From: a virus
Taxonomy: Duplodnaviria; Heunggongvirae; Uroviricota; Caudoviricetes
Length of the DNA stretch: 15,874 nt
Virus record (IMG/VR): IMGVR_UViG_2526164613_000013
Strand: one strand, 5' to 3'
Positions 1 to 7,106 of this stretch are shown piece after piece (positions within the stretch are counted from its first letter, which is position 1; every line of letters starts with the position of its first letter). The notes beneath the pieces were generated by a model. That model was not told the origin of the DNA and ran no database searches. It was given only the letters and a program-made list of their open reading frames with translations. A program made the translations under genes and the position numbers.

Positions 1-1361
1 GAGCCCGTCAATGGCCATTCTTCCGGCTCCAATCCACTCAGCCCGTGACCAGGCTGATCGCGCCTGATAAAAATCAAAACGTGCCCGTGGCGGACGAATA
101 ATCCCCCGAAGAAGTGCCTCTTCCAGCCAGCAGGAAAACATCTGCGTGGCCAGCCGGGACGCAATAAATTTTCGCCGCCCCATAAAATAGCGCCACGACT
201 CATTGGCGGATGCGCGGGCACTTGAATAACTGACCTTCGAGTAATCACGGGACAACTGTTCGTAGGAAACGCCAAGACCGGCGGCGATATACCGCAGCAG
301 CGCCTGTTCAAGCGCCGAAAATCCATTGTCTGAATCCTGCGCGGTCTGAAGTTTCAGATCATCACCGGGGAAAAGGTGCGGAATTTTGACACCGCCCAGC
401 GTCACGCTATTCGTGTCATACCAGGTGGAGAACTTATCCAGAATATTAATAAGCGGATTATCCTTCTGCCCCTGCGGCGCACCGGCGATATATTCAAAGG
501 CCTTTTCGGTATCAAGGTCACTTTCAATCGTCGCTGCATACATCGCCTTCACTATGGCCGACTGAAGCTGTGTTGCCTGCAGGGAATCGAGCATCTTCAG
601 CCGTTCCATTACGCTGTAAAACTGATTGGCCCCACGGGTCTGCCCGTCCTCCACCGGCTCGAAAATATGCAGCATGGCCGGACGCCCGGTGGGAAGTTCA
701 CGCGGGATCCGTTCCCATCGTCCACTCCCGGAGCGAGGAAAATCATCCTCACAGATATGGTACGCAACGGCACGACCATATCGATCGACCTCCACACCGG
801 CCCGCAGAAAACGGTTCCCCATACCGTGTCCTGGCGTGTCCACCCGTTTCGGACTCACGGCTTTAAAACGCGTACGAAACAGTTGCGTGCTCTCCGTATC
901 CCAGACCGGCTGCACAAAGATTTCGCCGTTAAACGCATGAACGCCCACACCTTCACGAATAAATTCCGTAAACGTGCGTTTTCCTTCCACGTCGATCTCG
1001 CCAGACATCCCTTCTGCGTATTCTGACCAGGCCGCCTCACCTCATCGACAAAACTTTTTGCCGCGGTCTCCCGCATCCCCAGCCAGCGCCAGTTCGGACG
1101 GTAGCTGATCAGAAACATATGCCCGACAATATGATCCTTATGCAGGGCCACCGCATTGGCCGCTATCCCGTTATTGCGCACCAGATCATCTGCCCGGGCA
1201 TTCCCCAGACGCAACGCAGGCAGCAGGGCTGCATCGGCACTCTGCGCCGGTGGCAACCACTCCGCCATTTGCCCGCCAAATCCTGCACCGCCCCCGTTGT
1301 AGCTGAGACTCTCACGAAGCGGAACGCCGTTCACATCAATCAGGACAGGCGTTCGTTTCAT
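1..1361 (-). CDS. B: Portal protein (lambda gpB-like); 3' end runs off the window start; apparent 1-nt deletion in a G-run near 1037-1043 splits the reading frame (possible pseudogene)
   Basis: ORF 855..1361 starts MKRTPVLIDVNGVPLRESLSYNGGGAGFGGQ, matching the lambda portal N-terminus. My translation of a second minus frame from about 1040 to position 1 gives ...HAFNGEIFVQPVWD...IPRELP...HIFEPVEDGQTRGAN...AIVKAMYAATIES...ANESWRYFMGRRKF...GRMAIDGL, collinear with lambda gpB. The frame switch falls at gag-gtg-agg where V-E-A-A-W is expected. Confidence 0.9.
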
Positions 1362-1564
1362 AACCTCACTCCCAGCGGACGACGGCGACGCCGGGTTGTC
1401 CCCAGTACCGACTCCGCATCATTGATCGCCCGGTTAAGCTCATCCAGAGAAGCCGCCGTATATTCAATTCTGCGACCATCCTTCTGGACAGACACCACCC
1501 GTTTACCGGTTAATAAATCAAGGCGCGCCTGACGCAGCGCCTGCAGTTCAGCGACTGTAACCAT
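1358..1564 (-). CDS. W: Head-tail joining / head completion protein (lambda gpW-like)
   Basis: 68-aa ORF MVTVAELQALRQARLDLLTGKRVVSVQKDGRRIEYTAASL... resembles lambda W (…LMTGKRVATVQKDGRRVEF…). Sits between terminase and portal as in lambda, with its stop overlapping the portal start. Confidence 0.9.
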   Translation of the reverse strand: MVTVAELQALRQARLDLLTGKRVVSVQKDGRRIEYTAASLDELNRAINDAESVLGTTRRRRRPLGVRL

Positions 1565-3476
1565 TCACTCCTCCGGACAGCTTCGCTGCCAGTTCTTTCA
1601 GGGTTGGCCGGGTCGTCTCTTCTTCCCGGGATTTTGCCAGTACAGCCAGATCAAGCTGCCAGCGTTGCACGGACACACGTAATGCCGCGTAGGCATACAC
1701 CAGGCAGTCCAGCGCTTCGTTACGCCGCTTTTTGTTATCCCACAGCAGACGCATCTTTCCTTTTTCCCACTTCTCCACAAGCTCTTCCGCGACCAGTTGC
1801 TGCGCCTCTGTCTGCGAAAAAATCTCCGGATCATCAGGAAAACGGATGGCATACGACGTGGCTTCATCCGCAGGCGTGGGATCGGCTTTCATACGGGCAT
1901 AGAGAATTTCTTTTGCGGTGTCCGTCCCCACTTCACACAGATACACGCCCCGCTGATTGCGGGTTTTCGGCATGGTGATCACCGGCTTGCCATAGACAGA
2001 CGCGCCCTTTACCGGCAGCACCCGGAAAACACCGTGTTTTTTTGATCTCTGATAAACAATTTCACCATCGATCCCCCGGTGTCCCAGCAGACACGGGAAA
2101 TAGTCATTTCGGTGCCATCCGCATGGCGGTATTTTTTGTTGATCGCCGCATCCACACGTAACAGCGTCTCTTCCTCATCAGGACGCCCCATAATGATGAT
2201 TTTATCCACCAGAAAGGCTTCCTCTCCCGGAGCCCATCCCCAGACATACATCTCAAAACGGTTTCGCTGCGAGTCAATGCCCGCCGTCAGATAAACCACC
2301 CGGGCAGGCACCGCCGCCGTGTAACGCACCACCTTATCCATCAGTACCTGGTGATCGAGTTTTTCGCCCCACGGCCTCTTCCCAGGTCTCGCCCAGCGTG
2401 GTGTTCACAAAGGTTTTCAGGCCGTTGGGATCTTTCAGTGCATCCAGCCAGTCATAGACAATCTGTACCCAGGTGGTGAACGGACTGTACGCCGTCCAGA
2501 TATGGAACGTGATGGAGCGCGGCGGCGGAATTTCATCACCCCGGGCGCTGAAAAACGTCAGACCGTCACGGGTCCACATGCCCGTGTTTTCACAGATCCA
2601 CCGCCCGTTACTCTGGTCAAGCTCAGACTGATGGATCACACAGCCATGATGCTCACAAAGGTAGAAAACACTTTCTGGCTTATTCTTCTCCCACTTAAGA
2701 CCGAAAGGCGAGGCATCATCGCCAAATTTCAGATACTGCTCCTCCCCACAGTGCGGACAGGGCACATAAAAACGCATGAAGTGTGCCGACTCGTTAGCGG
2801 CTTTTTCGATCTGGCAGGTGCCTTTGATTTTAGGCGTCGAGCCGCGAATGGATTTTGGCCACACCGACCCCTCAATACGCTTATCCCCCAGCAGGGTTGG
2901 CGAGCCCTCTTTTTCGACATCCGGCTCGAACGAGGAAAGTTCGTCATAGCAGACCACGTCCACGGATTTTTCACGGTAGTTTTTGGCGGCAGCGCCGCCC
3001 AGGCACCAGAAACCGACGCCCGATGAAAAGCGTTTCAGCGTGAGAGTATTGTCACGATGTTTACGACCCAGCCATGGGGAAAGGTCTTTCAGGCATGGCA
3101 CGTTCCGAATCGTCGCCTCCACGTGAGACTTCATAAAATCTTCAGCGGCAGAATCCGTGGGCTGAAAAAGCAGACTGTTTCGGGATTTATGCTCAATAAA
3201 ATACCCGACCACCCCCAGCAACATCTTTGTATAGCCAACACGGGCAGATTTAATCAGGTTAACCGTGCGAACCTGGTCGTTACCCATACAGTTCATGATG
3301 GCGATCTGGAATGGCAGCGTTTTCCATTCTCCCTCACCATATGAAGATTCTTTAGGCAGAGAATAATTTTGATCAGCCCATTCAACTGCCGTCATTGGTA
3401 CAACCCTGACCAGAGGCTGCAGCGCAACCGAAACGGCAGCCATCATATTATTCAGTTGTTGCTCTGATATATTCAT
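1548..3476 (-). CDS. A: Terminase large subunit (lambda gpA-like), interrupted by two apparent single-base frameshifts (C-run 2073-2077 and C-run 2367-2370 on plus strand); possible pseudogene
   Basis: Three consecutive minus-strand ORFs (2334..3533, 2009..2341, 1548..2021) are collinear with lambda gpA: MNISEQQLNN...TAVEWADQNY...KSARVGYTKMLLGV...CPHCGEEQYLKFGD...HIWTAYSPFTTWVQIV...TLGETWE / ...YLTAGIDSQ...CWDTGG / ...QRSKKHGVFRVLPVKGASVYGKPV...LWDNKKRRNEALDC. Start taken at ATG 3474-3476 (MNISEQ). Frame junctions were located by hand translation. Confidence 0.92.
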
Positions 3477-3957
3477 CGAGTAAATCCGGTAATTTATCCC
3501 CTGCCCGCGCACACTGGTTTGCCCCCTTAGCAATAAGGGTTTTCAGATGGTCAAGATGGCACGGTGTTAAATCAGGAAACTGTCGCTGCATGGATAAAGG
3601 GATGGAATCAAGCGTACTGGATAACGCCATTGCCAGCTTACTGAGGGCAAAAATACAGAACCCGGTGTCAATAAGTTTTCCTTTTGACACCTCATTTTTT
3701 AGCTGCTGTGTAACAGCCTGTTCTGCTGTCAGTTCCCATCTGGCAATAAGCAATTTCTCCTCATAGTCGTCTTCGCTATCGCCATCAGGCACATCGTTTT
3801 TACTTCTCCTCAGATACGATATGTAAAAATCGCGCCAGGCATCCAGATCCAGTTGCCCTCGCTTATTCGATATCGGGGCACCCGGCAATTTCTGCAATCT
3901 GCGAAGCTGGCGATCGGTCAGACTTAAATGCCTGGCAACTTCAGTCTGCGTAGCCAC
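3448..3957 (-). CDS. nu1: Terminase small subunit (lambda Nu1-like), probable GTG start
   Basis: 169-aa ORF with an N-terminal HTH-like segment (EVARHLSLTDRQLRRLQ) and a C-terminus (TGFCIFALSKLA...LSMQRQFPDL...LPDLLDEYI) resembling lambda Nu1. Lies immediately downstream of cos and overlaps the terminase large subunit start, as in lambda. Confidence 0.8.
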   Translation of the reverse strand: MATQTEVARHLSLTDRQLRRLQKLPGAPISNKRGQLDLDAWRDFYISYLRRSKNDVPDGDSEDDYEEKLLIARWELTAEQAVTQQLKNEVSKGKLIDTGFCIFALSKLAMALSSTLDSIPLSMQRQFPDLTPCHLDHLKTLIAKGANQCARAGDKLPDLLDEYIRATTE

Positions 3958-4002
3958 TCCTCACCTCAAAAACTCTCACCTCACAATCACAACAAAACCG
4001 GT

Positions 4003-4101
4003 CATGTCCGGTTTACATGTCTGTTTTTTGTTCATGTCCGGTTCACAGAAGACCTGTTTTTATATTTTTCATATAGTTAACTTGAAGAGAAACCGGACAT
4101 G
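4003..4101. repeat. cosB-like region: three copies of an 11-bp motif CATGTCCGGTT (4003-4013, 4033-4043 direct; 4091-4101 inverted), candidate terminase small subunit binding sites (R-sites) with an AT-rich segment between them
   Basis: Exact 11-mer repeats seen directly in the sequence between cosN and the Nu1 start. This arrangement parallels lambda cosB (R3, I1, R2, R1). Confidence 0.6.
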
Positions 4102-4138
4102 GATCCCGGAAAATTTTCATAAATAGCGAAAACCCGCG

Positions 4139-4150
4139 AGGTCGCCGCCC
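4139..4150. other. cosN cohesive-end site (12-nt overhang GGGCGGCGACCT on the minus strand)
   Basis: Plus strand 4125-4150 reads agcgaaaacccgcgaggtcgccgccc, the reverse complement of the lambda left end GGGCGGCGACCTCGCGGGTTTTCGCT. The following ~45 nt toward Nu1 also match my recollection of the lambda left end. Confidence 0.85.
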
Positions 4151-4356
4151 CGTAACCGGTCGGATCGCCGGAAAGGACCCACGAAATGATAATAATTATC
4201 ATCTATATAAGGTTTATCACAACATGTGTGTACGCCATCAAACCACGAGAAATAATCAATTATGACGCAGGTATCGTATTAATTGATCTGCGTCAAATTA
4301 ACGTAAAAGCAACTTCAGATAATACAAATCAGCAACACTGAATATGGGGAAACATT

Positions 4357-4542
4357 ATGTCATCAAAGAACAGAACCCGCAGAACAACAACCCGCAACAT
4401 CCGATTTCCAAACCAGATGATTGAACAAATTAACATCGCTCTTGATCTGAAAGGTTCAGGAAACTTTTCAGCGTGGGTTATTGAAGCCTGCAGAAGAAGG
4501 CTGTCAACAGAGAGTTCGGGTATGAATTACATAATTAAGTAA
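4357..4542 (+). CDS. Small phage protein, DUF3950/YlcI-like (homolog of the lambda right-end ORF); sequence pattern suggests a ribbon-helix-helix-like DNA-binding fold
   Basis: 61-aa ORF MSSKNRTRRTTTRNIRFPNQMIEQINIALDLKGSGNFSAWVIEACRRRL.... GGGGA lies about 8 nt upstream of the ATG. Position next to cos and the upstream DNA match my recollection of the lambda right end; the only plus-strand gene in the window. Confidence 0.6.
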   Translation: MSSKNRTRRTTTRNIRFPNQMIEQINIALDLKGSGNFSAWVIEACRRRLSTESSGMNYIIK

Positions 4543-4678
4543 CATGGTGTTCACAGAACACGCAGTTACCGGACACATCAGTTTTCCATTCGCTCCCCGG
4601 CAGTACAGGCTTCCCCTCTGACGGGATAGCCTGAAAAAATAACACAGAAAATTATTTGTTATAATTAATATAACTTAC

Positions 4679-4816
4679 TCAAAAAAAAAGCGACGAGAAA
4701 ATCAGCATCAACGAACAATAAGCGCCAATACGTGATAACAAATGGCAGCCATATTTATCTGCAGTATAAGCAATGGACAGGATAACCACACCAGAAACCG
4801 TCAGCATAAAATCCAT
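4679..4816 (-). CDS. Candidate 45-aa hydrophobic peptide (MDFMLTVSGVVILSIAYTADKYGCHLLSRIGAYCSLMLIFSSLFF) in an AT-rich island
   Basis: ATG start with GGGGAAG 5 nt upstream; one or two predicted membrane helices. Below the size cutoff of the ORF track. No homolog recognised. Confidence 0.2.
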   Translation of the reverse strand: MDFMLTVSGVVILSIAYTADKYGCHLLSRIGAYCSLMLIFSSLFF

Positions 4817-5172
4817 TTGAACTTCCCCGGACAAAATCGACTCATCTAAAGATTTACAGCTCTTTTTATTATCAATATGTTAAAAGTAAAATAAACAGAT
4901 GTTCAATAACACGAATACAAAAACGTGCTGAAATTCAATGAATCCATTTCTGTGTCATCAATTAATAGTGATAAACATCCGGCTTCTTCCACCATCGCAC
5001 CGGACAGGCGACTATGAGGGGACAACGCCGCGCTCCGTTAACGCGGTAAACCCCGGTGTGTATCGTTTTTGATTATCCCCGCACACTCGCGCAGAAGAGT
5101 CTCCCTGTCGGGCTGCGGTCTCTGTTAATGCAGGAATACGGCGACAATACCGCGCATGGATAATAAGGTCGC

Positions 5173-5397
5173 TCAACACACTGGCTGTAATGCAGCGGAT
5201 ACCATGCGGCATTTAGCGGCATTCATCGTACACTCCACGGTTAGCTCTTCATTCGTGGCATTCACCTGAAAGGTCCGGGAGTGTAATTGCGTACATTTAC
5301 CACTGAACGAACCTTCAACAAGAACACGACCACGCTGCAAAATACGGAACGGAATTGTTCCCTGAAAAGGTTCTACGGTTACCCGTAATTTCTTCAT
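5173..5397 (-). CDS. Hypothetical 74-aa protein, translationally coupled to Rz
   Basis: Its ATG overlaps the Rz stop (ATGA) and is preceded by GGAGGA 4-5 nt upstream. Protein [37 protein letters not shown]... has no recognisable family. Confidence 0.4.
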   Translation of the reverse strand: MKKLRVTVEPFQGTIPFRILQRGRVLVEGSFSGKCTQLHSRTFQVNATNEELTVECTMNAAKCRMVSAALQPVC

Positions 5398-5888
5398 GTA
5401 TCCTCCGGATAATAAAAAGCCAGCTTAGTGCACTGAGTGCGGATATATTCCTGCGCCCCTTCCAGCTGCTTCTGCATTGTCATCAACCGTTCTCTGAGGA
5501 TGAAATAATCCCGTTCAGCGGTGTCTGCCAGTCGGGGGCCGGTTGCATTATCCACGCTGGAGGTGCCGGTGGCTTCACGCACGGTACCGGGGCAGGTGGC
5601 GTTGACCCGCAGGCGCTTACGACCAGCGGCAACATCAGCGCGCAGAGTTTCAATTTCAGCTCTCGCATCGGCTAATTCCTTCGTGTATCTGGCATCAAGC
5701 GCAGCGACATCTCGCTGGCGCTGCTGCATGTCAGTAATAGTGGCATTCGCCAGTTTCAGCTCACTGACTTTTTTATCGCGCTGCGCTTTGTAGGTGATGG
5801 CGTTATCGCGGTAATGATTCAGCCCCAGACTAAGCACACCACAGGCTACCAGCAGGACAATAATCACCACACACAGAACACGGTTCAT
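5394..5888 (-). CDS. Rz: Rz i-spanin (inner membrane spanin subunit)
   Basis: [40 protein letters not shown]...[29 protein letters not shown]...[18 protein letters not shown] is near-identical to lambda Rz. Start taken at ATG 5886-5888; the ORF-track upstream extension is not used. Confidence 0.9.
   Translation of the reverse strand: MNRVLCVVIIVLLVACGVLSLGLNHYRDNAITYKAQRDKKVSELKLANATITDMQQRQRDVAALDARYTKELADARAEIETLRADVAAGRKRLRVNATCPGTVREATGTSSVDNATGPRLADTAERDYFILRERLMTMQKQLEGAQEYIRTQCTKLAFYYPEDT
5483..5668 (-). CDS. Rz1: Rz1 o-spanin lipoprotein, embedded in the +1 frame of Rz
   Basis: [22 protein letters not shown]...[32 protein letters not shown] matches lambda Rz1 (lipobox plus proline-rich mature region) and lies entirely inside Rz. 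Confidence 0.85.
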   Translation of the reverse strand: MRELKLKLCALMLPLVVSACGSTPPAPVPCVKPPAPPAWIMQPAPDWQTPLNGIISSSENG

Positions 5889-5889
5889 A

Positions 5890-5976
5890 TCACCACCAAC
5901 GGATTGCCCAGACCAGAACAGCAATGGCCACAATACGAATGGCAAATGCCATTGCCCGAATAAGTTCAGCACTCAT
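5890..5976 (-). CDS. Candidate 28-aa hydrophobic peptide ([28 protein letters not shown]); its stop abuts the Rz start (TGA-t-ATG)
   Basis: ATG start, single predicted TM helix. Paralogous to the next peptide upstream through a shared RA(L/M)AFAI(K/R) core. No obvious Shine-Dalgarno sequence. Confidence 0.3.
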   Translation of the reverse strand: MSAELIRAMAFAIRIVAIAVLVWAIRWW

Positions 5977-5987
5977 CTTTTTAAAGT

Positions 5988-6110
5988 TCACGATTTCAGC
6001 GCAATGACCAGTTTTGCCAGCCCATACAGCATCGGAGACACAGCAATACCAACAGCCACCCACTTAATAGCAAAAGCCAGCGCTCTGCTGATGTCATCAG
6101 TCACTGTCAC
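5988..6110 (-). CDS. Candidate ~40-aa hydrophobic peptide (…TVTDDISRALAFAIKWVAVGIAVSPMLYGLAKLVIALKS), probable GTG start overlapping the stop of the upstream mini-ORF
   Basis: C-terminal portion of track ORF 5988..6260, whose N-terminal part overlaps the neighbouring mini-ORFs and is unlikely to be translated. Paralogous to the 28-aa peptide at 5890..5976. Confidence 0.3.
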   Translation of the reverse strand: MTVTDDISRALAFAIKWVAVGIAVSPMLYGLAKLVIALKS

Positions 6111-6238
6111 CCCAGCAGCCCCGACGAAGACAACATCACCCAGGCGAGGGACAGAAAAAGAGCAACCAGCATTAGTGAAAATGAAATACCGACAATCACA
6201 CACAGGACCTTTGCCGGCGTTATGAGTTTGTCTGACAT
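6107..6238 (-). CDS. Candidate 43-aa membrane peptide (MSDKLITPAKVLCVIVGISFSLMLVALFLSLAWVMLSSSGLLG)
   Basis: ATG start with AAGGGG 5 nt upstream; the start is 2 nt after the stop of the preceding mini-ORF. About 28-residue hydrophobic core. Below the ORF-track cutoff. Confidence 0.35.
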   Translation of the reverse strand: MSDKLITPAKVLCVIVGISFSLMLVALFLSLAWVMLSSSGLLG

Positions 6239-6240
6239 AG

Positions 6241-6336
6241 CTACCCCTTAATTGCCACAATTAACTGGGATACTACCCATAAAAAAGGGATGCTCCAGAC
6301 CAGCAAAAATTTCCAGTTTGGTAATTGACTAATCAT
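6241..6336 (-). CDS. Candidate 31-aa membrane peptide (MISQLPNWKFLLVWSIPFLWVVSQLIVAIKG)
   Basis: ATG start with GGGAG 9 nt upstream. It is the C-terminal part of track ORF 6241..6453, whose N-terminal part overlaps the hairpin terminator and is unlikely to be coding. Confidence 0.3.
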   Translation of the reverse strand: MISQLPNWKFLLVWSIPFLWVVSQLIVAIKG

Positions 6337-6402
6337 GAGTCGCAACTCCCTAATCAGTTTGCTAAAATCAATCAAGGCAGCCTCCCATAGCTTACTGCCA
6401 TA

Positions 6403-6447
6403 AAAACAAAACCCCGCTTGCTGCCAACAAACGGGGTTTTTACTTTT
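6403..6447. terminator. Bidirectional intrinsic-terminator-like hairpin (stem aaaaccccg / cggggtttt, 15-nt loop) with T-tracts on both strands
   Basis: Perfect 9-bp inverted repeat at 6408-6416 / 6432-6440, followed by a U-run on each strand. Lies between the endolysin stop and the first mini-ORF. Confidence 0.6.
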
Positions 6448-6530
6448 ATTCACTTACGTTTCGCCAGTTCGCAGGATTTCATGTTATCCGCCCGCGTGGC
6501 CATGCCTTATTTTTCAGCAAAATATTCTGC

Positions 6531-7064
6531 TTATCTGTCGATACCCCAGCACGCCAGCGCGCTCTCCTGGTCACGACGGGATACCTGACCGTAGCAGTTG
6601 TTTGAACGAATACGGCAATCTCTGCCACCGTCCTTAATCCACCAGCGAATCGCCTCACATGCTCCCCTGCGATCACCAGCATTAATTCGTCTGTAAAACG
6701 TCGACGGGAAACACTTACCGGGACCAATGTTGTACGGACAGAATGACGCGATCCCCGCTTTCTGGGGTTCGGTCAATGGCACTTTGATGTTTTTCTCCAC
6801 CCATGCCAGCGCCTTATCACGCTCAATGGCGTTAACCTGGTCGCATTTCTCCTTCGACAACTTCATGCCCGGGACGACAGGTTTACCATCCACCAGAATG
6901 GCACCGCGACAGATGGTCCAGATACCCGCGCCATCACGGTATGCCGTGGTGTGGTTACCTTCCTTTTCATCCAGAAACTGGTCGAGAATGTCAGGCGCAG
7001 GCGCACCAGCGGCAATCAGCGCCAGAACGGCAGCCGACAGGCCGTATTTGATTTTGGTGTTCAT
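6531..7064 (-). CDS. Endolysin, lysozyme-type with an N-terminal signal-anchor-release (SAR) domain (phage 21 R / RrrD-like)
   Basis: 177-aa ORF with a weakly hydrophobic Ala/Gly-rich N-terminus (GLSAAVLALIAAGAPAP) followed by a lysozyme catalytic region (E...D...T: LDEKEGNHTTAYRDGAGIWTICRG). Paired with a pinholin, as expected for SAR endolysins. Confidence 0.85.
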   Translation of the reverse strand: MNTKIKYGLSAAVLALIAAGAPAPDILDQFLDEKEGNHTTAYRDGAGIWTICRGAILVDGKPVVPGMKLSKEKCDQVNAIERDKALAWVEKNIKVPLTEPQKAGIASFCPYNIGPGKCFPSTFYRRINAGDRRGACEAIRWWIKDGGRDCRIRSNNCYGQVSRRDQESALACWGIDR

Positions 7065-7106
7065 GGATATTTATCAGGATTTATCGGCAACAGATAACGA
7101 GCCAGC

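Noticed and set aside
376-1026. Plus-strand ORFs 376..1026 (216 aa), 570..866 and 626..940
   Set aside because: They lie antisense to the portal gene, whose minus-strand translation aligns with lambda gpB over the whole interval. The plus-strand products are low-complexity and Arg/Pro-rich.
2502-3344. Plus-strand ORFs 2502..3026, 2855..3043 and 3057..3344, and minus ORF 2729..2974
   Set aside because: They are alternative frames or antisense within the terminase large subunit gene, which is confidently assigned by homology.
5012-5212. Minus-strand 66-aa ORF ([16 protein letters not shown]...)
   Set aside because: No Shine-Dalgarno sequence upstream, an Arg/Cys-rich composition untypical of real proteins, and partial overlap with the better-supported 74-aa ORF. 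Kept only as a possible frameshifted continuation.
5355-5793. Plus-strand ORFs 5355..5675 and 5521..5793, and the N-terminal extension of the Rz track ORF (5889..5972)
   Set aside because: Antisense or out of frame relative to Rz/Rz1, which match lambda spanins. The Rz extension overlaps the 28-aa mini-ORF and precedes the conserved MNRV start.
6004-6225. Plus-strand 73-aa ORF (MTSFASPYSIGDTAIP...)
   Set aside because: Ala/Thr/Pro/Ser-rich low-complexity product lying antisense to the coupled minus-strand mini-ORFs. The possibility of an antisense RNA here is not excluded.
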